A stretch of DNA of 64,000 bases from Octopus vulgaris. Its lineage: Eukaryota. Each line of letters opens with the position of its first letter. Within the stretch, counting starts at the first letter, position 1. Location of the stretch: NCBI GenBank assembly GCA_951406725.2, contig OX597826.1, forward strand, positions 32,364,001 through 32,428,000, written 5' to 3'. A program made the translations under genes and the position numbers. Below the pieces are notes generated by a model that was given only the letters and a program-made list of their open reading frames with translations, made no database searches and had not been told where the DNA came from. Positions 13,624 through 27,520 of the stretch are shown here, piece by piece.

Positions 13624-14310
13624 GTGTGTGGGCAAGATCTAATATATAATTTCTCATTTGAAATAAGATAGCCAAATCTATTTATCAGTTTTAATAAAAG
13701 TAAGGAATGGTGTGTTAAAGAGGCAGGATTGGAGCAGAAAATCAATCAGTTTCCATTTGTAAAGTTATTTCTGTCAAAATCAATAGCTCTAATAGGAGGG
13801 GAGTTGACATTCAGAAGTGGTTTCTGTTAAAAACGAGATTAGGGAATGTATATATGCATAAATTTATGTATACAAATATATTTATATTGAATACAATTTA
13901 TGGAGAACATTTGAGGAAGCATTAAATTTTCCTCATTTTAAGCTATGTTCATTCTGCATTAAATGAGCTGAACTTATTTAATGCTGAGTGAACATGGCTT
14001 GTCATTGTGTGTATGTGTGTATATGATATATATGTGTGTGAGTATGTTTGTGTGGGTGTGTGTTTGTTTGTATGTGTGTATGTGTGTGTGTTTGTGCACA
14101 CATATATACCTATATGCATGTATGTAGATATATATATATATAATATATATACACAAATATATATGTGTGTACACACGAATGTGAAGGAAAACTCTTTTAT
14201 CATTATCATTACCATATCTATGGTTATTATTATTATTATTGCTGTTGTTGTTGTTGTTGTTATTGTTGTCATTATTACGTGTGCATACATGTGTGTAGGA
14301 AAAATATATG

Positions 14311-14348
<38 letters not shown>

Positions 14349-14480
14349 TTACATATATATATATATACATATATATACACATAGAGAGAGAGAGATGGAT
14401 AGACAGATAGATAGATATTGTGGGTATATATATGTGTAGTACGTGTTTATTATATCTGTACACACATTTATATACACATA
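13343..14480. repeat. (TA)n/(TG)n/(CA)n compound microsatellite fields (13343-13630, 14005-14480)
   Basis: Read directly. Source of the YI/CV/HT-rich spurious ORFs. Confidence 0.95.
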
Positions 14481-14649
14481 AATTAGGTGTATGTTATCTA
14501 TGTGAAATAAACTGTAATTACATAACTCAAACTGTAGTTTTGTTCAGTTGGTCAGCTATTATGTAACTGCAGATTTGAAATTAATCAGCTGATTATCGGC
14601 AGTGTACATTGTTGGTTGTAAACTGTCATAAATCAGGAGTGCCTTCTTT

Positions 14650-16050
14650 GAAATTATCCATAAAGAATTTTAACATGTGTTGGCAGAATGAGATTAGTTC
14701 ATTCTGTTAATTTAAGAGTGTGGTAGGATGGTATTTGTTTTAGAGACAGAAGTCAGGATTATGATCTATTTTTAAATTCCTGTGTCTTATCTAACACTGA
14801 TTATAAGATGTTGGAAATGCCTCTTGTGTTTCTCAATTTCCAAATGTGCTTTGAAAATGCTGTGGTACTCTCCAAGTGGTACTGATTGAACGACCGATTG
14901 CTCTGATGCAGGCAACATTTGAAGAAGTTAAGTCAATGTAGCTGTGTAGCTGGCGAACTTGATATAGCTTGTTAATGTGGAGTCATCAGCCTTGTATACA
15001 ATATTTAGAGTAAATGTATACCTTTTGGGATGTAGAATTCTCTGTTTCTGCAATAACATGCCAGCTCTACCTTTGGTCATTTAGTATTTTGCTTTGTAAT
15101 TGTGAATGCCATCAGTTATTTTTTCATACAACTGTAGCTCATCTTACTATACTTTATATTAGACAAACTGTACCAAGTAATATTTCTTTTCTTAGTCTTT
15201 ATTGTGGTTATTTGATGGCGCTCATGAGTACTTGTTCTTTCTGGGTATCAGCTACATGATAGTGGTTCACTGTTGAACTCTAACAGCTTCATGACAGAAT
15301 AATGAACTTATCTTCTTGCTGATGAACCATTCAAACATTATTAATATATCTGGATGGTACTGGGTTATGTATGGCTAAGCAACTAGGCCTGTTTGGTTTC
15401 TTAAAGGACTCAAACAGAATTTTTAAAGTTGTATTTACTGGTTCAAAAGTGTGGCTGCCTTCTGTGTTGAAAATTACGAGCCAGTCATCTCTGCACACAC
15501 CTGTGCTAAAGCCATCAGAAATGCTTTCTATTTCATAGAACAGAAACAAGCTTTCCAGCATGCACACTTTGATCTCAAAGCTCCCCATGGCAACATCAAA
15601 ATTAGCTGTTCTGTCATTCTAAACCCAACAAGCGTCTTCGTTAGGAAGTATGAGATCTGTCAAACATGTATAATGACATTCAATTTGCTTTCTGTGATAT
15701 TACAGCATCTTCTGACGAAATTCATGGCATTTGGAAGAAGTTTTTTTGGATTATGGAAGGATAATAATCAACAATATCAAATTAGATTTTTTTTTTTTTT
15801 GGTTCTTGACCCTTTTGAAACATGTGATGATTGATGCAATGCTGTTCCACTGATTCATATTCACAGATTACATTGTCAGTGATTAATCTAAGATTGTTTT
15901 ACCAAAATCACTTTTGCTTAGATTAATGAGTCTACAGTTCTGTGAGACTTCAAAGTTTTATTTTTATATCCTTCGGTTTGATGAAGGCTGTATTTTTTTA
16001 TGGAGTAGCATTTAAGTTTGTCAAGTTTATAAAGTAATCCTGCTTTATAA
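14650..16050 (-). mobile_element. Penelope-like element (PLE) remnant: reverse transcriptase plus GIY-YIG endonuclease region, many stops and frameshifts
   Basis: Ordered minus-strand motifs: AFIKPKD; CRLINLSKSDFGKTILD (~15890-15936); NQWNS; DIVDYYPSI (15752-15778); NFDVAMGSF (15577-15603); GVCRDDWL (~15480-15500); KKRNITWY; KMSYSCM; CYCRNRE; NIVYKA (14988-15005); STTAFSKHIWKL (~14835-14870); NELISFCQH (~14676-14700). This order matches the PLE ORF. Confidence 0.9.
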
Positions 16051-18028
16051 TCATTCCTAACCTCATCACCACCATCATCATCATCATCATTATTATTATT
16101 ATTGGTAGTAATACTAATTCAAGAATTGTAGTTGGTATTATTGTTTTTGTTGTTATTAATATCGTTAATTACCAATAGTCTATATTTGATCCTCCCTTCT
16201 TTCTTTTTTTCTCTTTTTCTATAATTCTTGAAACAAGCCATAATACACAAAACTACCACTTCTAAGGTTGTCTTAGATGTTATGTTTTGTAGTTATCACT
16301 TGCACTTCTGTGTTGATTTCATTTTCTGTGTTGACGCTGCTTGTTTTATTGGATTTTGTTCTGCTTTTGTGCAAAAGGTTGTTGTGTCTCTGCTTACCTT
16401 ATATCAATTCCTTGTTTTGTCTGCAAGTACGAATAGACTTCTGGTGGATTTTATTGTTATTAACTTCAAGCTTAGCTCATCAAGGAAATCTTTCTATTAT
16501 TAATATTCTACATTCTTAGCTATGTGAAAAAAATATGTGGATAGTGGTTAGGGTGTTGGACTCATAATCCTAGAAGCATGAGTTCAAATCTGGGGTCATG
16601 CAGTGCATTGCAACCTTGACCAACATACTTCCTTTCTTGTCTTTTCAACTGAAAATATTGTGAGAAGAATGCTGGAGCAGCCTTCTTTCCCTCCAGCTCT
16701 TACCTTATTTGTGTACCACAGGGTCATTGATAAGACGATCAAGCAAGTTCCTCTGTGTGCTCACAACAATGGAAGCATCTCAGACAATTGGCAAAAGTAT
16801 GGAACATGCTAACAAGCCATGTTAATTTACATGTGATAGCTAGGTCCTATTTTTCTTTTACTAAGTTACGAAGGTCCATTTCAAATGCATCTCATTCTTT
16901 GTTTTTCAGTGGTGTTTTCTCCAAATTTGAATATAGGACTGATTTCATCTTGTGATGCTTTATTGTCTTTCTTCTCAGACTCTCTACTCTGATTTACCAT
17001 TCTTTTTCCTAGACAAGTGTTGTCAAAGAGACTTTTGTGTACTTACTCTTACTTGTGGTAACATTTGCCCAGAATGGGTTGAGCTGCTCCAACCAGTAAG
17101 TTTATGATATACCTCATGAGTGCTGATCTATGAACTTTCCTGAAGGGTATTAAATTGTCTTTCATCATATAACTCATGTCTATTCTTTCTATTCTCTCTA
17201 TTCTATGCTTATATTTAATAGTCATCTATGTATATAGTGTTTGACATGTGGAAATGATTCTATACGCTTTTTTTCTTTTTGCTTATGTTGTTATCCATAA
17301 ACATAGTGTGTTTATCATCTCTTTGCATTGAAAGTGTGTAGAGTCTAATATATGTTAATTTATGTGTAAAATAAACTGAGATTATACTGTATGTATCAAC
17401 CAAAAATTTCAATAGTTTCAGAATGTAATAATTGTTTCTAATTTAGGCACAAAGCCGGCAGTGTTTGAGGAGAAATATTAGTCAGTACAATTTATTCCAG
17501 TCAGTTTTACCGGCCCCAGAGAGATGATTGACAAAGTTGACCCGGGCAGATTTGATCTCAGAATGTAAAAAGTTAGGAAAAATTAGTCATTTTTCTGATG
17601 CTCTTATAATTCTGCCATCCTCAGTTGTTGTTTGTCATGCTTTTAGGAAGAATTCCTTCTTGGAAATTCTCATTGAAAAATTTGGGAATTTGGTGGTAAA
17701 TCAATGTCAATTTGTTTTGTATTTAATTTAAGATTAGGTTAAGGTAGAAAATGGTGTGAAACTTTGGCTATAAGGTAAAAGAGGTCCCACTATCATTCCC
17801 CATTTAATAATTTAATTTATGAGTTGAAGAGATAATCAACTCTTTATTCAACTGGTGTCTCAGATCAAAGTGGTTATGACATTCAAAGTAACATGGCCCT
17901 CCCACACCTTAACCACCCAGGACGGTACAGATTAAAACACAAACGGTAACACAAATGTGGCAGCAGAAAGTTCTGCAGGAATCTTGATCTAGATGTCACC
18001 TGAGCCCCTTTAAATTTTAAGGGATTAA

Positions 18029-18245
18029 CCCATTAACATTCAGATTACTTGATCAAATATAATACTTGTTTATTTACATTTTATAAAATTAATCTTGTAT
18101 TATGCCATAGCTTTGAGATTTCGAAGATGTGACTGCTTATTTTTAGGAAGACATTACAGGGCTGATGTGAGAGGCTGGATCTGGCCAGTTTCAACATAAA
18201 ACAGAAATATTTGGACTGGATATGGCTGGCTTAAATTCTAAAAGG
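18029..18245. mobile_element. piggyBac-type MITE with TTAA TSD
   Basis: TTAA|CCCATTAACATT ... AATTCTAAAAGG|TTAA (TTAA at 18025-18028 and 18246-18249); degenerate CCCTTTAGCATT-like TIRs. Confidence 0.7.
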
Positions 18246-18875
18246 TTAAAGGCCAAATGATTTGTATGATGGCAAGGGTTTCTTCTCTGAAGACCTTCTG
18301 CCATTTAGTTCTCCTAAGACCTCACTTCTCCCTATTCTCAGAAAAAAGTTTATTCTAAGGTAGATATGTTCCACTGGCATCAATAGAACTTTTTTTTTTA
18401 GCTAGACAGTCATTTTCCACTCTACAAAAAAACACCATTCTCTTAAAATCTGTGAGTTATGGCACCATTTTTTTCCCACCATTACTCTCATATCTGTATT
18501 GATTTATCTTTCCTATTGCTATTCCAGCTTCTATTTTAGAATCAACCCCATCCCTCTCCCCCCTGTTTCCCCACAACCACCACCACATTAAATTCTGACC
18601 CCTGCCAGTTGTTCAACAATCACTTTTCCATTTTTTTCTCTCCCCGTTTTAATCAATTCCAGTTCTATAAGTGTGCCATAGTTGAATAGCCAATACGGTA
18701 CTGGGTTGCATTGGAGCTGGAATTGTTACCAACTGAATGGTTGAATGTTATTCTTTTTTCTTTCAAATCTGTTATCTAAATAATATTTTGTTTGTAAAGA
18801 ACAAAATGAAATGGTTTATTGTGTAATCCCACAGAGTATTCTCAGAAAATACAGATATTCTTTGTACTTAGTTAA

Positions 18876-19087
18876 CTCTTTCATTCCAATATCTAATTTG
18901 TTGTTGTAAAAACAACAAAAAGAAGAGAGAAACACCATTAATGGCACTTTTGTCACACAAATTGTTTGTATTTTGTTTTCATAATCTAATTGTATTGAGA
19001 TTTTTGAAATCCCTTATGTATTGTGATTATTAAAAAAACAATACAAAACAGTAATAATGACAGCAGATTAATTTGGTATTTGATGGG
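18876..19087. mobile_element. Possible second piggyBac-type TTAA MITE, decayed
   Basis: TTAA|CTCTTTCATTCCAA ... TTGGTATTTGATGGG|TTAA. Confidence 0.45.
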
Positions 19088-19479
19088 TTAAAAGGCCAGA
19101 CATCTCATGCTGAGGAGATTGATCGATATTTCGATGAAATACCTCAATTATATTAGAGTCATTTGTTGAACCAAAAGAGATGGGCCTATTTCTTCCTTTA
19201 ATAAATAATGGGAGGAATAAAGTGAAGCCAGCCAGTGCTGTTCAATTCATAATGGTCTATTATTGATACACAGAAGCAAGAACAGTGTTAGGAAAATGCT
19301 TTGGGGGGAAAAATGGTTTTGAGGAAATATATAGTGTGAGAAATATTCTGCATATAAAGTAGCTTAAAAATGATAGGGCCAAAGAGTTCAGTGTAATGTA
19401 AACTGGTGAAGGGACTGAAGGAACTAACGAAAAGCCAAGTAATGAAGGAATTGAGCATAGCAAAAAAGGAAAGTTTCCC

Positions 19480-19765
19480 TAACCCATGCTGGTGTCACAT
19501 AAAAAGCATCCATGCTGATGTCAGTTACAAAGCACCCATACTGGTGCCATGGAAGAAGTAAACGTGCTGGTGCCATGTAAAAAGCACAAAGTATGCACTG
19601 TAAAGTGGTTGATGTTAGGAAGGGCATCCATCTGTAGAAACCATGCCAAAACAGACAATTGGATCCTGGAGCAGCTCTTTGGCTTCCCAGCTCCTATCAA
19701 ACTATTCAATCCATACCAGCATGGAAAACAGATGTTAAATGTTGTTGATGATGATGATGATGATG
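19480..19765 (+). mobile_element. Family C element (RTE-type 3' end, internal short tandem units, (GAT)n tail)
   Basis: GTTAGGAAGGGCATCCATCTGTAGAAACCATGCCAAA...CCATACCAGCATGGAAAACAGATGTTAAATG...GATGATGAT. Confidence 0.8.
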
Positions 19766-20423
19766 TAGTATTAGATATATTCTTCATATGAAATAACTGA
19801 AAGATGATAGAGCAATAGAGGAAAGTTTCACTAAGCATCAGCGAGGGTTTTACATTAATAGTCAATGAGATAGCTTTAAGATGTTATTGCTATTGGCTTT
19901 GAAATGCCATTGGTTGTCTGGCCTTGATAAAGTTACTATTGTCCAGTAAGAAATTTCATAACCAATATAAGTATTAATAATATATGTGCATATTTAAATA
20001 TCAGCTCTACCACTGTTTTTTCATGCTGTCATGAGTTAGATTAAAACTTGTGGAGACCCATTTAATTTGGTCTGTTGCTTTGCCTGTTACCAACACTTAC
20101 CTGTATTTTTTTTACAATTTAGTGATCCTACACATGCATGCAAGTATACATAAACACATACATACATACATACATACCTACATACATACACACACATCTG
20201 TCTATAGAGAGATAGAGAGATGTGTAAATAAGTGTATATGTTTCTTCCTCCTCCTTCTCCTCTTTTCAGTGTCCTCTTTTCAGTGTCCACTTTTCTATGC
20301 TTCGATGGATTAGATGTAGCCTATTGAGACGTGATTTTATGGCCAGATACCTTTCTATACCTGTCCACACCCTCCATGTTTATAAAGGTAATATTTCCAC
20401 ATAGATTTGTGTGTTTGTATACA

Positions 20424-20504
<81 letters not shown>

Positions 20505-20506
<2 letters not shown>

Positions 20507-20725
20507 TCTTTACTCTTTTACTGTCTTATTTGTTTCAGTCATTTTGCTGTGGCCATGCTGGAGTACCACCTTTAGTCGAAAAAGTCGACCCTAGGACTCA
20601 TTCTTTGTAAACCTAGTACTTATTCTGTTGGTCTCTTTTGCTGAACCTCTGAGTTACAGAGACATAAACACACCACCATCGGTTGTCTAGTGATGGTGGG
20701 GAGACAAACACAGGTACACAAAGAT

Positions 20726-20786
<61 letters not shown>

Positions 20787-21005
20787 CACACAAGGCAAAC
20801 TGGCAGAGTCCTTAGTATCCTGACGAAGTTGCTTTGTAGCATTTCGTTTGCCTTTAGGTTTGAGTTCAAATTCTAGTGAGGGTGACTTTGGCCTTTCATC
20901 CTTTTGTGGGGTTGATAAAATAAGCACCCATTAAGTGTTGGGAGTGATGTAATTGACACTTATGCCCCCCTCTGAAATTATTGGCCTTGAGCCAAAATTT
21001 GAAAT
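20505..21005. mobile_element. Family B 3' half (-, 20505-20720), (CA)n, then family A (+, ~20790-21005)
   Basis: Matches to the family motifs above. A sits in or next to the B internal microsatellite. Confidence 0.8.
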
Positions 21006-21043
21006 CAAAACACACACATATGTATATATATATGTGTATATAC

Positions 21044-21076
<33 letters not shown>

Positions 21077-21099
21077 CAGATATATATATATACATAAAC

Positions 21100-21138
<39 letters not shown>

Positions 21139-21155
21139 CATACATACATACATAG

Positions 21156-21188
<33 letters not shown>

Positions 21189-21904
21189 TACACACAGACA
21201 TATATATACATATATATATCAATGTAAGTGTATGTATGTATGTATGTATATAAAAGATGTGTGTGTTAAGAGAGAAAACATTTCTAAATTTAGTCCTGTT
21301 GCTTCTTATTGTTCACGGTTTAAGACATTTATAACATAACATTTAGTTTTTTTTGCTGAAATGCTATTTTCGTTTATATTTTTTTATTATTATTATACCA
21401 AAGCAGAGAAATGATAGTGTAAACATTTTATAATATTACAGTGTTGATTTGTATACAATTTGATCAAATAACAATTTGTTGTCTTTGATGATAGTCATAC
21501 TTTTGACTAACGACAGTAATTTGCTTTTGACAACAATAATGCCTGACATATCACCAAAAAATCAAACAGTGTGGTATAAAGATTTATTGAATTAGATATG
21601 AAGCTCTAATATATTTATTAGATATGAAGATCTAAAAGTTATTCAGAAGGAAAATAGGAACTTGTGGCTGGTGTTCATTTCTAAACACATTAGATAAAGC
21701 CATTCTGACCAAGAATCCAAACAAGGTGCTAGACAATATTTGGTGGTAATTTATTGCTCTGCTTAAGGGTTATTAAGGCTGTGAAATGCCAATTATTATT
21801 CTTTATTTATTTATTTATTTTTATGTAGAGTTTAAGGGTAAGAGAGAGTTCTGTCTTTCCTAAAATGAAGAAAGATTTCAACCAGACTTGTAAACACTCT
21901 CCAC

Positions 21905-21929
21905 ACATATGCATACACACTCAGGTATG

Positions 21930-21962
<33 letters not shown>

Positions 21963-21987
21963 GTATGTATATATATTTGTATATGTA

Positions 21988-22045
<58 letters not shown>

Positions 22046-22075
22046 AATATATATATATATATGTGTGTATATATG

Positions 22076-22125
<50 letters not shown>

Positions 22126-22260
22126 TATACACACACATGTATATACATATACATATACACACACACATATAAATATACACACATATATATATATACATAT
22201 TTATATATATATATTGTAATATATTTATATATATATATATATATATAAGTATATGCATAC
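21905..22260. repeat. (TA)n/(TG)n/(CA)n field
   Basis: Read directly. Confidence 0.95.
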
Positions 22261-22384
22261 ATTTCACACTGTTCTGAATTCCTTATCAATTGCAGCCAGT
22301 TTCTTTTCTTTTTTTTTTTTTTTGTAACTCAGTGGCTGTAAAACTCTGTTCCCTCTCATATATATTTTTTCTTCCGCTTTCTCT

Positions 22385-22415
22385 CTTGAAGAAGGTTTCT
22401 GTCTGAAACGTCAGA
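22385..22415 (+). ncRNA. Degenerate Penelope-type minimal hammerhead motif
   Basis: TTGAAGA-AGG-TTTCTG-TCT-GAAACGTC: core with U in place of C3, 3-bp stem II, palindromic ACGT stem III and GUC triplet. Stem I is poor. Confidence 0.45.
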
Positions 22416-22929
22416 TTTTCCTCTCCTCATGGCAACTTCATTCACTGTATGCTTTTTATTGATTTTACCAATGATACAAGTCTTGCCAATGCAGACCACC
22501 ACCAATCACTTTGGAGTCTTTTTGATCATATATATAAATATATAAATATATATATGTGTGTGTGTGTGTGTGTATGTATGTGTGCATGTCCACATTGTCC
22601 TTATATGTCTGAGGAACTGGTCATGTTTTTCTTGAAATTTACAAAACTTTAGGTAACATGAGATGCTCAGTCGACCCATTATACAATAAGTACAACTCCA
22701 ACTACATATAGTGGAGAGTACTTATATGAATGTGTGTGTGTATATATGTCCAAACTATGCCAGCATGGGATACAGACGTTAAGTGATGATGATGCCCATA
22801 CATACACATATATTTATACATGCATGCACACACACACACACACACATGCATGCACACACATACATGCGTGCGTGTGCACACACACACATACGCCTATATA
22901 TTCATGTATACAGACACACATATGCACAC

Positions 22930-22978
22930 ACAGAGAAAGAGAGAGAGAGAGGGAAAGTGAGTGAGAGAGAGGGAAAGT

Positions 22979-23017
<39 letters not shown>

Positions 23018-23150
23018 GCAGACAGATAAAGAAAGAAAGAAAAAGGAAATAAAGAAAAAATAGATGCCAGGGAGAAAGAAAGACTAGGAAAGCCAATGAG
23101 AGTGAGAGAAAGATAGAGAGAAAAATGGAGAGAGGGAGAAAGAGGGAGAG
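22930..23150. repeat. (GA)n / polypurine tract
   Basis: Read directly. Includes a duplicated GAGAGAGAGGGAAAGTGAGT unit. Confidence 0.9.
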
Positions 23151-23485
23151 AGTGTGTGTAAGTGAATGCTGAGAAATTTGATCAGCATATTTCTTCGAAG
23201 TGCCGTTGAACAATATTGGCAGCAACGAGAGAGTAATCAATATTATCAATAATTGTCAAGAAGTTAAAAGAAACGAAGAAGAACTGAAACAAAAGAGCAA
23301 CTCCATTCTGTGCAGTTTTAAGATAAAGAATATTTGGAATATTATTCATTGAGTTGGGGCCATGCAGATATCTAAGGCGGCAGAATTTATTTAGCTTCAG
23401 TCTGCTAAATCCTAAGTTTAAGTACGGTTAATATTAACTTTGTGTTTCATTTACCCGGAGTTGTCGGTAATATTACACTCTGTCC

Positions 23486-23925
23486 AGGCAGCGAGCTGGC
23501 AATATTGTTAGTACACCGGGTTGAAATGCTTAGCAGTGTTTCGTCTGTCTTTACATCCTGAGTTCAAATTCCGAGGAGGTTGACTTTGCCTTTCATCCTT
23601 TCGGGGTCAATAAATTACATACCAGTTGCATACTAGGGTCAATCTCATCGATTGACCCCCTTCCTCAGACATTTTGAGCCTTTTGCCTAGAGTAGAAAAG
23701 AACGTTATACTCTGTCATAAGGTGGTGAACTGGTAAAATGTTTGGTGGCATTTTGTCCGTCTTAACATTCTGAGTTCAAATTCTGTCAAAGCCGACTTTG
23801 CTTTTCATCATTTCATCTTTCTGTTTGATAAAATAAATACCAGTCATACATTGGGGGGTCAATGTAAGCAACTTGACCCTGCCCCCAGAGTTGCTGGCCT
23901 TGTGCCAAAACTTGAAACCAGTATA
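23486..23925 (+). mobile_element. Two head-to-tail SINE family A copies (23486-23700, 23718-23925)
   Basis: Both carry the family core. The first is flanked by TTA(C/T)ACTCTGTC at 23473-23484 and 23705-23716. Confidence 0.88.
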
Positions 23926-24184
23926 ATCCTTTGTCTTTGTTACTGTTCCATTCTTTATTACATATTACATATTTATTACATATTTCTTCAAGTAACGGAT
24001 CTCTTATTCTTGTATTTGAAAGTACAAAGCCAGGGGTTGGACTTGTTGACAAGATAAATGACAGTAATTTTGCAGCTCGTACTTGAGAGGCACAAATCTT
24101 TGTTTTCATTTATCAGAATCAGACTCTTATATATATAGACTAAAGTACTCAATACGTTAAAATGTAGCATGTGTTATTATATTA

Positions 24185-24415
24185 CTTTACTTGTTCCAGT
24201 TATTGATTATGGCCATGCTAGAGTGCTGCCTTGACAGGTTTAATCGAATCAACTCCAGTGCTTATTATTTTCAAGTCTTTTACCAAACTACTAAGTTATG
24301 AGAATGTAAACAAACTAACACCAATCGTCAAGTGGAAGGGGAATAGACACAAAGACACACACATATCGAAATGTCAACACCAAGCAGTGTTCTAACCTAA
24401 ATTTTGCTCATACAT

Positions 24416-24485
<70 letters not shown>

Positions 24486-25105
24486 CAATAACATCATCAT
24501 CATCATCAAGGTCATCATCGTTTAACGTCTGCTTTCCATGCTGGCATGGGTTGGACGGTTTAACTGAGGACTGGCAAACCAGGAGGCTGCACCAGGATCC
24601 AATCTGATCTGGCAATGTTTCTACAGCTGGATGCCTTTCCTAATGCCAACCACTCTAAGAGTGTAGTGGATTCTTTCATGTGCCACTAGCAAAGGGGCTA
24701 GTCAGGCAGCACTGGCATCGACCATGTTCACATGGTACTTTTTATGTGTCAATCAGGCAGCACTGGCATTGGCCATGACTATGATTTCACTTAACTTAAC
24801 AGGTCTTCTCAAACACGGAATATTGCTTGACAACTGAAAGGTACTTTTAAAGGGCCAGTTATGCAACACTGGCATCGGCCATGGCTACAAACTCACTTGG
24901 ATTGCCAGGTCTTCTCAAGCATAGCATATCTCTGAAGGACTGTTTATATATATGATGTTCTACCACTCCATTTCTATCTATCAAATTCACTCACAAGGTT
25001 TTGGCTTGTGCAGGGAGACACTTGCCAAGATGCCACACAGTAGGACAAAACCCAAAACCACATGGCCACAGAAAAAAGCTTCATAGCCACATAGACATGC
25101 TTGCG
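24185..25105 (-). mobile_element. Family B SINE interrupted at its internal microsatellite by a family C element (24492-24940)
   Basis: B 3' half 24185-24355 and B 5' half 24955-25105. The C element has a (GAT)n tail and internal tandem units. Confidence 0.8.
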
Positions 25106-25528
25106 CCTACACATTTTAACCCATTTTAAACCTTGTTCTAAATCTTAATCACAAGATACTAAGAGTAGAAACATCTATGTCTTCAGCAACACAAAAAATG
25201 TGTCGTTTTATGCTACATATTTTTTTCTCTTTAAAACATTTAAAATTTGTTGAGGCAAATTTATCTCTGAGCAGAGTCTCCTATAAATTAGATCAATATT
25301 TTAACAATGCATAATCAATTTAATCTCCAAAAGATCTGTCAGATTAGTTATAGAATCATCCCTCCCGCCTTTTTTATAGTATTACTATCTCTTTCTGTTT
25401 TTCTTTAAATGTTTAACATTTATCAAAATTACATAGAAAATAATTATAGACAGTTCAAGACTATTTTAATAATAGAATTACATAGAAGAAATCTAAAAGA
25501 AATACAATAATAATGATGGTGGCAATGG

Positions 25529-25587
<59 letters not shown>

Positions 25588-27478
25588 TTAATGATAATAA
25601 AAATAATAACAACACCAGCGACAATAATCTTATAAAGTGTTGCAGATGTTTTATATTATTAATTTGGTTTAACCTTTAAAATGTGGATGCTAGTGTTTGT
25701 GCACAGAAATATATTTTACCATTTTTTCAGATTGTAACATCGAAATAACATATTTAAGTTTAACTGTTACTATTTTGAGAAACACACACTTTTATTAATG
25801 TATATTTGTTTAGCTAGAATTTTGGGGACAATTTTTTCCCCCAAAGAGTTTCTCGTAAGATACAACAGAATTACTTGCAGTAAATGTTTTCTTTAGAGTC
25901 TATTGCTAAAATTGCCAAAATATTCTGCTCAAAAGGAACTAGGAAGAGTGGTATCATATTCTCAGCAAATAATTGAACGAGGTAAAATCCCCAAGGAACC
26001 CCTGTGTGGGATTTAAATCATGTAAAATAGAGAAACTTTTGTTTTACATCTGTTCTTCATCCAAATTATGTGAAAATATTAAACTAAAGGAGAGGAAAAA
26101 AATCTGTCAAATATTGTTGTCTTTTTTTTTTCCTGTGCTATTTCCAAAGTTTCCATGCTGAAATAATTAAATATTGCTTTGCTAACAGAACACAACAAAA
26201 GTGAACTAGTTTATTTGCTGGTTTGTTTATTTATTCTATTTATAAACAACCAAGTCATTATTGCAATGATACAGAAATAAAAATAGAACAGTTTAAACTA
26301 AAATCACTTAGTCTATAGAATTTGAAGTAAAGATTTAATGCGACTGAAAATATTAGTGATTGCATGAATTTTTTATATAGAAATACAAATAAACATCAAA
26401 TTAATTGCTGTATTAATTAGTGTTTGTCTCTTGTAAAATATTAGAGTGCATCTGTTATGGTTTAATTTTTTTCATAAGTGGTGCGTTTATGTTTGCATTT
26501 ATGCATAATTACTTGTGTGTATGGGTGTATTTTTGTGCATGTGTTGCAGCAATGTGTGTCTAGAGACATTTAACAGACCAGTTGTCAGTTTGGAAAGATA
26601 AATAAGCAATAAAATTGATTAACAAATACATCTTCAGCTTTGACACGGTTTAACACAATTATACTAATTAGTTTTGAGTGCTTGAATTATTTATATAATT
26701 GTATGCAATATATTTACTGTCTTTCATAAAATATATGTACCATAGCAAACAAAACTGTTTGCATAATGTATGCAAGGAGAATTGGTCGAATAAAATACAA
26801 AACAGATAAAATATTTTGACGCCATCACAAAATTGACTTAGTTGAAATTTTCTGCAGAAAATTGTCCATAAAATTCTTTCCCTTGTTAAAGACTGTGAAC
26901 TGCTAAAGAACAATGCCTTTGATCTCACAAGAGACTAGAAAATGGAAAATAAAGTGGAAGATACTAGGAGTGGCCAAAATCTTTCTCAAAAGAGAGACGA
27001 GGCAATATCTCTGCAACTAATTGACCTGAAATTCTGTGTACTACTCCATTAAATAAAGAAAAAAAGGCAAAAAAGAAACTAGAGAAATTCAAATATCAAA
27101 CACAAAAATAGAGGATTGTTTTAATATCATCTGAGAAACTAAACCGAAGGAAATGAGAAAGGAGATAATTGCTAATGGGTTAGACAATTCTAAAGATATA
27201 TATGTTGACATGGAAATTTCCTATAGAACATTCCTTAATATATTGAAATCTTTCAAAGACATGGAAGAGAAAGATTCAAATAGCAAAACAGACTGTTGAG
27301 ATGTTCGTGATGTTCTTACCAAAATAAAAAAAATTGAATTAGTTGTATGTTGGGAGGGTTGTTATACTAATAATAAATATATGCATTGATTCTATTTCAC
27401 TTCTTTTATCACCATCATTATTAATTAACTAACTGGCTAACTAGTTGACTAATAATACTAAAAGAAGTAAAACAGAAC

Positions 27479-27520
<42 letters not shown>

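Noticed and set aside
19108-19147. CTGAGGA...ATCGA-TATT-TCGAT-GAAAT
   Set aside because: Five extra bases lie between the core and the stem, and there is no stem III or cleavage triplet.
23993-24086. Protein-like frame NGSLILVFESTKPGVGLVDKINDSNFAART*
   Set aside because: Splice sites are weak, no family was recognised, and alternative frames on the other strand look equally plausible.
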